From positions 6,076 to 70,075 of IMG/VR virus record IMGVR_UViG_3300019477_000133: a stretch of DNA of 64,000 bases, one strand, 5' to 3'. Source of the DNA: a virus. The position numbers and the translations under genes were made by a program. Positions 45,968 to 55,410 of this stretch are shown in pieces (the stretch's first letter is position 1; each line of letters opens with the position of its first letter). The notes under the pieces were generated by a model. It was given only the letters and a program-made list of their open reading frames with translations. It did no database searches and was not told where the DNA came from.

Positions 45968-47149
45968 ATGATTAAATCAATTTTAGATACAGATTTGTAT
46001 AAATTCAGTACTTCATATGCTTATTTTCATAAGTTTAATAGAGCGGAGGGAACATTTAAGTTTAACGACAGAAACAAAGAAGATTGGAGAAACTATCCAA
46101 ACTTTATGGATGAGATTGAGATACAAATTGAAAACTTATCCAATATTCGTCTTACAAATGAAGAAAGAGATTGGTGTGTTGAGAACATTGATTATATACC
46201 AGAGAATTATTGGGAATGGCTAAGTACTTTTCGTTTCAAACCAGAACTTATTAAGATGTGGCTGGATGACGATGGTGTCTTCCAGTGTGAGGTGACGGAT
46301 AAACTCTATCGTGTGACATTATATGAGATAGCTATTCTTGCCACATATGCCGAAGTAAGAAATCGAGTATTAGGAAATAAGATTAACATGGAGAAAACTA
46401 TGTTAAAATTAGAAGATAAGATTTCTTATGCTAATATGAATAGCCTCTGTTTTTCTGAATTTGGAACACGTAGACGATATAGTTTTAATGTACAAAATGA
46501 AGTCGTTAAACGACTAAAAGAAAAGTGCCCTGTATGTGCTGGAACAAGTAATGTGTATTTGGCAAAGAAACACCACATGCGACCTACTGGTACATTCCCT
46601 CACGAATGGATGATGTTTCATGCTGCTGTGTATGGATATAAGCGTGCGAACTACATGGGGCTTGAGGACTGGATTGATGTATATGAAGGTAATCTTGGTA
46701 CTGCGCTAATTGATACATATACTACTGAGTCGTTTCTTAGAACCTTAACCTTGCAGCAAGCTTTGCTTTTGAGAGGTTTCCGCCAAGATAGTGGTGATGA
46801 GTTTAAGATTGGTAATATGATTATTAAACGTTTACAAGAATTAGGAATCGACCCTAAGACTAAATTGCTTATCTTCTCAAATGCCCTTACATTTGAAAAG
46901 TATAAAGAAATTCATGATTACTTTAATGGACGTATTATGGTCTCAGCTGGAGTTGGCACAAATCTAACTTGTGATACAGATATCAAAGATTACAAACCAG
47001 CAAATATTGTCATGAAATTATCAAGAGCGAGATATAGTAGTAAAGACCCTTGGGAAAAGTGTATCAAAATTAGTGATGATATAGGCAAACACATGGGAGA
47101 TGCTAAGGAATTTGATAAAGCCATGAGTGATTTGCATTTGTCTGAATAA
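45968..47149 (+). CDS. pncB: nicotinate phosphoribosyltransferase
   Basis: N-terminus ILDTDLYKFSTSYAYFHKF matches the NAPRTase signature (LDTDxYKxxM). Confidence 0.7.
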   Translation: MIKSILDTDLYKFSTSYAYFHKFNRAEGTFKFNDRNKEDWRNYPNFMDEIEIQIENLSNIRLTNEERDWCVENIDYIPENYWEWLSTFRFKPELIKMWLDDDGVFQCEVTDKLYRVTLYEIAILATYAEVRNRVLGNKINMEKTMLKLEDKISYANMNSLCFSEFGTRRRYSFNVQNEVVKRLKEKCPVCAGTSNVYLAKKHHMRPTGTFPHEWMMFHAAVYGYKRANYMGLEDWIDVYEGNLGTALIDTYTTESFLRTLTLQQALLLRGFRQDSGDEFKIGNMIIKRLQELGIDPKTKLLIFSNALTFEKYKEIHDYFNGRIMVSAGVGTNLTCDTDIKDYKPANIVMKLSRARYSSKDPWEKCIKISDDIGKHMGDAKEFDKAMSDLHLSE

Positions 47150-47211
47150 TTTGGCATAGATATTGTAATAATGAAAGTAAAAAATAATTTATTAATAAAA
47201 TATATAAAGTT

Positions 47212-47754
47212 ATGAGATTAGAAGATTTAATTTTTACGACTCCAAAAAATCTTGAAGATGTATTTAAAAGTGTTTGGGAAATGGATAAAAAGAAAGATTT
47301 ACATAAAGGTGTAAAGAGTGCTTGTGAAACAGGTTTCGATAAAACCTGTGGAGGCATTGGCTCATTATTGGGTTTGAAGAAAAAGTGGAATGAAGATGAT
47401 ACCACATATTCTGTTTGTGTGAATTATAATAAGGAAACTGACCTTATTAGCCATAAGTACACAAACGATACTTTAACTATAAATGTAAGTTCAAAAGATG
47501 ATACAGATAGTTCTTCTTACATGCTTTCTATCCCTGAAGATGCACGTAATTCCAAACTTCTCTATGAATATCTTGAAGATAGGAAAAAGATGAAGTTTAC
47601 TATTACAAAGGATGTTAATACAAAACGTAAGCAAGAGTATGAAAAGACAATGCAGGATTATCGTCAGAAACTCAAAGAAGTTGAAGAACTTAAGAAGAAG
47701 GAAACTGAGTTGAACGAGTTGCGAAAGAAGTTGTCTGAGTTCAATCAAAAGTAA
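47212..47754 (+). CDS. hypothetical protein with a C-terminal coiled-coil
   Basis: 180-aa ORF. Confidence 0.4.
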   Translation: MRLEDLIFTTPKNLEDVFKSVWEMDKKKDLHKGVKSACETGFDKTCGGIGSLLGLKKKWNEDDTTYSVCVNYNKETDLISHKYTNDTLTINVSSKDDTDSSSYMLSIPEDARNSKLLYEYLEDRKKMKFTITKDVNTKRKQEYEKTMQDYRQKLKEVEELKKKETELNELRKKLSEFNQK

Positions 47755-47790
47755 TATATGATTCACCATATAAATGGAAATTTATAATAT

Positions 47791-48009
47791 GTGCCGTAAA
47801 GTCCACAAGTATTTAGATTGTGGAATGTAAGACACTATCGGCAGGGACTGTCGATTACACGGGTGGAGAGGGGGTAAGAGCCGACCTTTTGGAAAGCCAT
47901 TCCTCGGTGAATCCCGAAGCCTATGAACATTTAACTCATGGGTAGTCCACGAACCATTACATTAAATAATGTTAAAAACGGAGCTATAATTTGGTAGTTC
48001 CGTTTTTTT
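47791..48009 (+). ncRNA. candidate small structured RNA, copy 2: element A fused directly to the conserved core (47829-47863), a divergent 3' part, and an intrinsic terminator (47976-48009)
   Basis: shares A and core with 3688-3846; terminator hairpin aacggagct...agttccgtt plus a T7 run. Confidence 0.45.
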
Positions 48010-48162
48010 ATTGTATCTTTGTAGTGTAAAATTAATATTAAATCAATAAAGAAATGGAAAAAGAAGAATACGTTTTTGAATCAACCATTATTAGTCTATC
48101 TAATAATGATACAGAAACAGTTAGTACAACAAATGGATTTAAAGAATATTACTATTAGTGTT

Positions 48163-48534
48163 ATGGATAAGTTTAAATTAGTTTTTATTGGCATGATAAC
48201 TTTATTAACTTTAGCTTCATGCACTTCAGATTATTATTACGATGATTATTACCACGATATTCCAACACCTGAAATAATGATAGGAAAGTGGGTTAATCAA
48301 GATTATACATCGCCATACAAAGAGATATACCTATATCGTAATGGTACATACAATGTTAGATATCATTCAAACATTTTAACCACAACATTTACTGGACGGT
48401 GGTATTACAGAGATAGGTACTTATATTTTGCAGGAGAAATCAAAGATAAATTATACATATATTCTTTAGAATACCCACATATATATTTCTCAAACGGTTC
48501 TGTTTGGAGAAAGATAAGAGTTGAAGGGTGTTAG
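48163..48534 (+). CDS. small lipoprotein (start adjusted to the internal Met MDKFKLVFIGMITLLTLASC)
   Basis: lipobox LASCTSD; first of three tandem small lipoproteins. Confidence 0.45.
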   Translation: MDKFKLVFIGMITLLTLASCTSDYYYDDYYHDIPTPEIMIGKWVNQDYTSPYKEIYLYRNGTYNVRYHSNILTTTFTGRWYYRDRYLYFAGEIKDKLYIYSLEYPHIYFSNGSVWRKIRVEGC

Positions 48535-48577
48535 TTAGTTAATTAGTTAGTTTTTTTATTAAAAATTTATCAAAGTT

Positions 48578-48913
48578 ATGAAGACATTTATTAAAGTCAC
48601 AGTTTTTTTATTTGCATTAGTACTCACATTTACCTCTTGCAGTAAGGATGATATTGCACAAGAGTATAACCATCCAGAAGTAATTGTTGGAACATGGTTT
48701 CAGCATGGTGGCGAAAGCTATATAAAGTTTGAATCCAATGGAAAGTATAATAAGGTGGATAAGTCAAAGCGTCCGTTTAGAAGTAGTAACGGTGATTGGG
48801 GTCAGAAAGGTAAGTACGTATACTTAATCCAATATAATCACATCATTGATAGTTTGGAAATACAGTCATATACTCAACTTAAGGACTCAAAGGGAAATTA
48901 TTATACACGATAA
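48578..48913 (+). CDS. small lipoprotein
   Basis: MKTFIKVTVFLFALVLTFTSCSKDD. Confidence 0.45.
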   Translation: MKTFIKVTVFLFALVLTFTSCSKDDIAQEYNHPEVIVGTWFQHGGESYIKFESNGKYNKVDKSKRPFRSSNGDWGQKGKYVYLIQYNHIIDSLEIQSYTQLKDSKGNYYTR

Positions 48914-48925
48914 AAAAATAGAGTT

Positions 48926-49204
48926 ATGAAAAAGATTATATTATTATTAGTATTAGTATCTTCATTGATGTTAACTGCTTGTGAAAAAGCAGGAACACCA
49001 GTACAAACTAATGGAGCAAAACATGAATTTGATGTACAACTTCTATTTGAAGTTGATGGAGTAAAAGTATATCGCTTCTTCGATTTAGGAGAATATATTT
49101 ACTTTACTAATGCCAATGGTAAGACATCATATGTAACGGGCAGTAAAGTTAGTGAAAGAAAGACGAGTCTTAATAACAGATTAGAAAATGATGACAATGA
49201 TTAA
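48926..49204 (+). CDS. small lipoprotein
   Basis: MKKIILLLVLVSSLMLTACEKAG. Confidence 0.45.
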   Translation: MKKIILLLVLVSSLMLTACEKAGTPVQTNGAKHEFDVQLLFEVDGVKVYRFFDLGEYIYFTNANGKTSYVTGSKVSERKTSLNNRLENDDND

Positions 49205-49709
49205 AGATAAATTAGATGAACTGATTAAGAATGCAACCAAGTCAGGAAATGTTAACGCAAGAAGAATACTTAAACTCTTCAAATCAGAATTAATTGATTA
49301 TACTTTAAGTGAAATTAAAGATTCGCAAATTCAAGTACCAACTAATCTAACTGATGAAGAGAAAACAGAATACATCTCCAATAAGAAGAAAGAAATGAGA
49401 ACACTGACTGATGCAGTGGAAATAAATATTCTTCAAAAGTTGATTAAGAAACTGAACGATGAATTAACTTATGCCATTAAGTTGAATAGATATGAAACTG
49501 TAAATGATGTAAATGAACAACTCTTAATTCTCAAAGAACTTCTCCCTCCACAACCATCAGAGAATGAAATTGTGGAATTTATTAATAACGAATTTCCAAA
49601 TGGTTTCACTAAGAAACAAATGAGAGATGTTATAACAAGTGTGAAAAATAAATTCTCTTGTATAGATGGTGGATTAGTTGCGAAATTGTGTAGTAGCTTA
49701 GCAAAGTAA
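49188..49709 (+). CDS. hypothetical protein
   Basis: 173-aa ORF. Confidence 0.4.
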   Translation: MMTMIKDKLDELIKNATKSGNVNARRILKLFKSELIDYTLSEIKDSQIQVPTNLTDEEKTEYISNKKKEMRTLTDAVEINILQKLIKKLNDELTYAIKLNRYETVNDVNEQLLILKELLPPQPSENEIVEFINNEFPNGFTKKQMRDVITSVKNKFSCIDGGLVAKLCSSLAK

Positions 49710-49818
49710 TAGAATAAAAAAAAATGAGTAGAAGTTCTGTAAAAGTGATGTCTTATAGTTATTTTTTGAAATTAAAATCATATATAAATACTTATATATC
49801 AGTCACTTATACAGAGCC

Positions 49819-50249
49819 TACTGTTAGAAACGTTAAACCGCAAGGTAATCACAACGTCAATCATGGTAATGAATTGGCAATAAACACTGTTAGAAACGTT
49901 AAACCGCAAGGTAATCACAACTGTAACGTAATTGTCTGAAATATTTGTATTACTGTTAGAAACGTTAAACCGCAAGGTAATCACAACAGCACTACCAATT
50001 ATTATTTGATTTTTTTACTGTTAGAAACGTTAAACCGCAAGGTAATCACAACAGTCATTTACTAATTCAAATACTTCAATCGACTGTTAGAAACGTTAAA
50101 CCGCAAGGTAATCACAACGGCGTGGCAAGTGTTAAGGCAGCGTCTGAGACTGTTAGTAACCATTTACCGAAAGGTAATCACAACAATTATGACATTGCAA
50201 GGGAAGTAATGAAGACTGTTAGTAATATTAAACCGAAAGGTAATTCAAA
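49819..50249 (+). CRISPR. CRISPR mini-array 2: seven 36-nt repeats (ACTGTTAGAAACGTTAAACCGCAAGGTAATCACAAC; the last two degenerate) and six spacers of 29-30 nt
   Basis: five identical repeats then two decayed repeats; hairpin AACC-GCAA-GGTA; followed by hairpin ggggt...acccc. Confidence 0.85.
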
Positions 50250-50301
50250 GGGGTTTAATTCGACCCCTATATAAAATAAAGAAATTAAACATATTATATT
50301 T

Positions 50302-50925
50302 ATGGTGGATTTAAATAAGAAAATTTTAAACGAGGCTATAGAGGCTTGTTTAAAAGAAATGTACAGATGTAGTCAACCTTCAGCTGATTATGACAAGTTA
50401 AAGGAGGGAGCTAAAGAACACCCAGAAGAAGAGAAAGAATTTCCAACATTTAAACGTTATTACCTGTCAACAGAACAGTTTAAGTATATTTTAAAGAAAT
50501 ATGCTGAAGCTTATCATCTTACTCCTGAGTGGAGAAATAACATAGAAACTATCATAAGTGACTTTGAAACAGGAAGCATTAAACGAGATTATAAGAAAGA
50601 TAGCTATGGAAATATGGTTTGCGAGTATATTCCTACACCTCCTTTAAAAGAACGTATTGGGCAAGAAAATACCAAAAAAGTATTAGAAATGATAGATGAA
50701 ATATCTCATTTCTGTAAACGAGATATGGATGCACAGTATTTTTCTTCTGCAATTAGTCTTGGTCATTCTCCATCTTCCAATCTTAAGGAAGTGAAGGAAT
50801 ATTGGAATAATAGAGGCGTTGAAATAGAATTTGAAGAAAGAAATTGTGAGGAAGATACTTTCTTTGATATGGATTGGTTTGAGGTAACTTCATTAAAAGA
50901 ATTAGAAAAACATTTAAACGAATAA
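50302..50925 (+). CDS. hypothetical protein
   Basis: 207-aa ORF. Confidence 0.45.
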   Translation: MVDLNKKILNEAIEACLKEMYRCSQPSADYDKLKEGAKEHPEEEKEFPTFKRYYLSTEQFKYILKKYAEAYHLTPEWRNNIETIISDFETGSIKRDYKKDSYGNMVCEYIPTPPLKERIGQENTKKVLEMIDEISHFCKRDMDAQYFSSAISLGHSPSSNLKEVKEYWNNRGVEIEFEERNCEEDTFFDMDWFEVTSLKELEKHLNE

Positions 50926-50926
50926 A

Positions 50927-51178
50927 ATGATTAGAAGGAAATCTCCGTTAACTAAGAAAAAGAAAGAACCTATTGTTATCGGACTATGCCGAGATTGTGC
51001 GCATGCAACATTACTACAATGGGATAAGGACCCTTTAATTACTGATTGTGAACGTGGTAGAATGGTCGGTAGCATGACTGGTTGCGAAAAATGGGTGGAA
51101 TGTAAGGACAAAAGAGAACCAATACATTTAACACGTGGTCAAATCTTCGCTGATAATCAAATTAAAAATAAGGAGTAA
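50927..51178 (+). CDS. small Cys-rich (zinc-ribbon-like) protein
   Basis: CRDC...CERG...CEKWVEC cysteine pairs. Confidence 0.35.
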   Translation: MIRRKSPLTKKKKEPIVIGLCRDCAHATLLQWDKDPLITDCERGRMVGSMTGCEKWVECKDKREPIHLTRGQIFADNQIKNKE

Positions 51179-51549
51179 TGAAGTACATAAAAGAAATAAT
51201 ACAGTTAGAAGTGTTTGATGAAAGAGAAATAACTTATATCAGATGTAAATCATATCCAGGTAAAGTTACTGGCTTTAAATTATTTGGTATTAATTTTTTC
51301 GGAAAAGTTTCATCTGAATGGCGTTTTTCGGACGGAATAGATGATTATACTGAAGAAGAATTAGTTAGAACCTATCATTGCTGGATTGATAAAGATAATA
51401 AATGTGCCATTAGAAAACCATATATCACAATTCAATATGGCATTCATGATTATGATACAGAAAAAGTATATTTTGAACATTACAGAGAAGCACAAATAGA
51501 AGCAGAAAAACTTGCGATGCTATTTAATTTAAAAAAGATTGATAAATAA
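51178..51549 (+). CDS. hypothetical protein
   Basis: 123-aa ORF. Confidence 0.4.
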   Translation: MKYIKEIIQLEVFDEREITYIRCKSYPGKVTGFKLFGINFFGKVSSEWRFSDGIDDYTEEELVRTYHCWIDKDNKCAIRKPYITIQYGIHDYDTEKVYFEHYREAQIEAEKLAMLFNLKKIDK

Positions 51550-51792
51550 AAATATGAGATTTATTATTAATGAAAACATCCCTTTAATTTGTAATTATCC
51601 CAAGGGTTTAAAAAGAATATCTAATAAATATGTAAATCCAAAATTGTATGGAAAGATAAAAACTCTTAAAGATAATGATAGATAAATGTAGAACATGTAT
51701 TTATCAAAACAGTTGTGCCATAGCCTATTCTCATAATACTATGTGTGATGGAATTAAATTGGCAACTAATTGTACAAAATATCAGCCGATAA

Positions 51793-52458
51793 ATGCAAAG
51801 TAAAAGAAAAGATGATATGAATATTGAACGTGAAGTGGCAGGCTTTACAGACAAATATTTATATCCCAAACTTAAATTAAACATAACACGTACAGATAGT
51901 AAGCAAGAACAACTACAAGGTTATGATTTAATCGTAGATGTGGGTGACAAGAAATGGTATGTGGATGAAAAAGCAGCTATACATTTTGCTAACATACGAC
52001 TTGATAGTTTTGCTTTAGAAGTAAGTAGCCTAAATAACCCTAATGGCTTAGGTTGGTTGTTGGATGAATCTAAAAAAACAACTCACTTTGTATTTCTATG
52101 GTTAGATAAAGCAGAAATTCCAAAACTACCCAACGAATTTAAATATGATTATACTAAAATAACAAGTAGTAATATAAAACAAATACATTATGCATTTGTT
52201 AAGAAGACTGATTTACTTAACTACTTGAATGGAATTGGTTGGGAGAAAGAAACAATAAACCGTCAATCGGCTATTATAAGACAGCGTGACTGCTTAAAAT
52301 CCAACCAATGGGTAAATATGTCTGGAGATAACAAAAAGAGTTCAGAAGTGAAATTTTATTATTCTAAGCATCTAAAAGAAAAACCTATTGGAATAATGTT
52401 ACATAGATGTGCATTTGATAAGATTGCAGGCAATATGTGTGGTAATATAATTTTATAA
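51793..52458 (+). CDS. hypothetical protein
   Basis: 221-aa ORF. Confidence 0.4.
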   Translation: MQSKRKDDMNIEREVAGFTDKYLYPKLKLNITRTDSKQEQLQGYDLIVDVGDKKWYVDEKAAIHFANIRLDSFALEVSSLNNPNGLGWLLDESKKTTHFVFLWLDKAEIPKLPNEFKYDYTKITSSNIKQIHYAFVKKTDLLNYLNGIGWEKETINRQSAIIRQRDCLKSNQWVNMSGDNKKSSEVKFYYSKHLKEKPIGIMLHRCAFDKIAGNMCGNIIL

Positions 52459-52470
52459 AACAAAAAATAT

Positions 52471-53193
52471 ATGGAAAAAATTAATGTTATAATGTTTACG
52501 GACAAGTTTAATGATTCTCAAGAAAATGAGCCAAAGAAAGAATGTTGTAAATCTAATTTAAATGTAGATTTCTTCAAAGAGTTACTTAATAACTGTGATT
52601 ATCAATACTTACCATCAGTTATTAAATGCTATTGTAATAGACTTAAGAAATTGGGCTATGCAGAAATTGCCATTCAACTTGAGATAGAATTACTTAAAAT
52701 TTATCAGCGTAATAATGGTATGACTACGAGAGAAGTTGATAATATTACAGAACATCCAACTTTTACTCAAAATTATATTACATTTAAAACTGGACATAAT
52801 AGACATCATGAAGTTAGTCGTAGATTAGCTAATAGATTGAAGAGAGAATATAATATTCCAGAAGAGAATATTACATGGCTTCCTCACAATCAAACTTTAA
52901 AGTTTAAACACTTCAATTTTGATGTAACGCTTGATTCAACTATTAATAAGATTATTCAACAGTTGTTTACATCAGACAATCATTCTGTTAAGTTGGATAA
53001 TATATACAAGGCTGATTGGGAAATTTTATTCCTCATGGTTTCACAACGTCTTACTAACGAACATCGGTGGGTTAACTTCGAATGGATTGCTAATGATAGA
53101 ACTATTCGTCTTACAGGTAACTTCAAAGAAACAGAAGAATATAAACGTGGATTAATGGTTGATGCATTCAATTTTATAATGAAAACTGTATAG
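52471..53193 (+). CDS. hypothetical protein
   Basis: 240-aa ORF. Confidence 0.45.
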   Translation: MEKINVIMFTDKFNDSQENEPKKECCKSNLNVDFFKELLNNCDYQYLPSVIKCYCNRLKKLGYAEIAIQLEIELLKIYQRNNGMTTREVDNITEHPTFTQNYITFKTGHNRHHEVSRRLANRLKREYNIPEENITWLPHNQTLKFKHFNFDVTLDSTINKIIQQLFTSDNHSVKLDNIYKADWEILFLMVSQRLTNEHRWVNFEWIANDRTIRLTGNFKETEEYKRGLMVDAFNFIMKTV

Positions 53194-53308
53194 TAATAAG
53201 AGAGAGAATTATAAAAATATTCTCTCTTTTTTATTTTTTAACATATCATTTTCTATTAATTAATATTTTATTCGTATATTTGCATAGAATATTAAAAACA
53301 ATAATGTT

Positions 53309-54454
53309 ATGAAGAAAGAAAAAGATAATGTTCAAAATAGTAGCGATTATGATAAGCTATTGAAACAAAATGACGGAACCTGTAAAGTGACCATAGAAAA
53401 TAAAGAGGGAGTAATATTGCCCGACAATTTATTTATCAAAGAATTGCATATAAATAACTGTAGTAACATAGTATTACCAGCTAATCTTCATGTGACAGGT
53501 GATTTATTTATAGGTAATTCCAATAATATTACATTCGATGAGTCTACACAAATAGATAAAGATTTAATTTTAAAATATTGCTACGATATTAGTATTCCTT
53601 CATCTGTTAAACTTAATGGAGGTGTTAAAGTACGCAATGTTCAATTTAATACATTTACTTTACCATTAGTTGTAAAAGGAAGTTTGTATCTAATAAATAC
53701 GAACATCTCCTCATTACCTGACAATTTAATCATTAGAGATGATTTTAGGATAGAAAGTAACTCTATTAAAGAACTTCCATTAAATCTAAGAGTTGGTCAT
53801 AGTATTTATCTCCAGCACAGTACAATTAATAGAATACAAAATGGTCTTATCTGTGAAAGACTTATTCTACCAGATAATGTAGTTACATTTCCAGACGAAT
53901 ATATTATTACAAATGAGATAGGTGGTAAGTATGAGACGTTAGATAAATTAGATTTTAAGAAACATCCATGTCAGACTATTGCTATTCCTGATAATGGTTT
54001 CTACGAGCATCCTATTTACGAAGGATATAGAGCTAACATTTGTATGGGTTTGCCTATTTTGATAGAGAAGGAAAAAACTCGTATTTGGACAATGTATGAT
54101 AAAGAATATATGTATCCTAATGGACGTATATTAGAAATTATCAAGAAGAATGGGAATGTATATTTTTGTAAAAGTATTGTAAATAATAAAAGAAATTTCT
54201 GTATAATTCAAATTGATGAAGATGTGTTCATTTGTGGTAAAAATTTAACAGATGCTAAACTAAAATTAATAAGATATTCTTTCCAAAAAACATTTTGGAA
54301 GATTATGTATTTTGACACCAATATGAAAGTTCCGCATGATATAGCCAAAGCAATATTAGGAATGTTTAAACATTATTTAAAAATCAACAATGATGTATCA
54401 TTACCAGTTAAAGATGAATATACAATTGGAGAAATTATAGAATTAACGAATTAA
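53309..54454 (+). CDS. LRR-like protein with a conserved C-terminal domain (paralog family of 23025-24179)
   Basis: LPDNL/LPANL repeats; C-terminus EYTIGEIIELTN. Confidence 0.5.
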   Translation: MKKEKDNVQNSSDYDKLLKQNDGTCKVTIENKEGVILPDNLFIKELHINNCSNIVLPANLHVTGDLFIGNSNNITFDESTQIDKDLILKYCYDISIPSSVKLNGGVKVRNVQFNTFTLPLVVKGSLYLINTNISSLPDNLIIRDDFRIESNSIKELPLNLRVGHSIYLQHSTINRIQNGLICERLILPDNVVTFPDEYIITNEIGGKYETLDKLDFKKHPCQTIAIPDNGFYEHPIYEGYRANICMGLPILIEKEKTRIWTMYDKEYMYPNGRILEIIKKNGNVYFCKSIVNNKRNFCIIQIDEDVFICGKNLTDAKLKLIRYSFQKTFWKIMYFDTNMKVPHDIAKAILGMFKHYLKINNDVSLPVKDEYTIGEIIELTN

Positions 54455-54472
54455 ACGAATCATTAAAAGTTT

Positions 54473-54937
54473 ATGACAAAGAAAGATATTATAAATTTTT
54501 TAGAAAAGTATAATGATGACGATGAATTGTGTATCGTTTTAGATGAAGATAAAGAGAACAACTTTGTTTATACATCTAAAGAAAAAGATATGCTTGGTGT
54601 ATATAAGGAAGTTATCCGATTCCTTTCAGAAAATCATATAACATTCGATATCATGGCTTTATGCGAAATGATTTGTTCTGACAATATTGATAGTCTCTAT
54701 TCTCTTGGATATGTGAATGTAAATCATGTAATCAAGGATAATAAATTACATTTCAGAATATCTCCAAAAGACTTGGAAGAAAATGATAAACTTGAAGATG
54801 TACTTTTCGACTACCAAGATGGTATGGGCATATATCAAAGAACTCAATGGGAAGATAGCTATTATGGTTATTTACTTCTTCCATTAGGTACTGGTCTTCG
54901 AATGGATAGATTCTTTTGCGTTTATTTTACGTGCTAA
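54473..54937 (+). CDS. hypothetical protein
   Basis: 154-aa ORF. Confidence 0.35.
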   Translation: MTKKDIINFLEKYNDDDELCIVLDEDKENNFVYTSKEKDMLGVYKEVIRFLSENHITFDIMALCEMICSDNIDSLYSLGYVNVNHVIKDNKLHFRISPKDLEENDKLEDVLFDYQDGMGIYQRTQWEDSYYGYLLLPLGTGLRMDRFFCVYFTC

Positions 54938-55113
54938 AAATTAAAAATAATATAATATATGACACAAGAACAACAAATTTTCATTGCAACTTTACACTTT
55001 GTAACTTCATGGGCGGTGAGAAATGGTAAAAGCCCAATAGATATACCTGAAGATGTGCTAAAACAATATAAAGAAGAAGCAGAAGTTTTATGTAAAGTAT
55101 ATAATCTGTTGTA

Positions 55114-55410
55114 ATGGAACAAATTATTTGCTCTGCCATTTGGTATAATGATAACAATTACTATCCACATCAAGAAATATATGGTGTGGATAGTGGATTT
55201 GTAATTGGTGGTTTTAGACATAATAATATTATTGGTGCTTTTCCTACCAATAATAAACATAGAAATGATGAGAAAGAATATAAAACTATACAAGGATTTA
55301 TAACATCTACTGGTAGATTCGTGGATAGAAAAGAAGCAGCTGTAATCGCATATAATTCAGGTCAAATTAAAGAACAAGTTAAGTGGTTATTTTCCGAAGA
55401 TTTATATTAA
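55114..55410 (+). CDS. hypothetical protein
   Basis: 98-aa ORF. Confidence 0.3.
   Translation: MEQIICSAIWYNDNNYYPHQEIYGVDSGFVIGGFRHNNIIGAFPTNNKHRNDEKEYKTIQGFITSTGRFVDRKEAAVIAYNSGQIKEQVKWLFSEDLY

Noticed and set aside
49724-49984. ORFs 49724-49939 (+) and 49799-49984 (-)
   Set aside because: They overlap CRISPR array 2 and are translation artefacts of the repeat.
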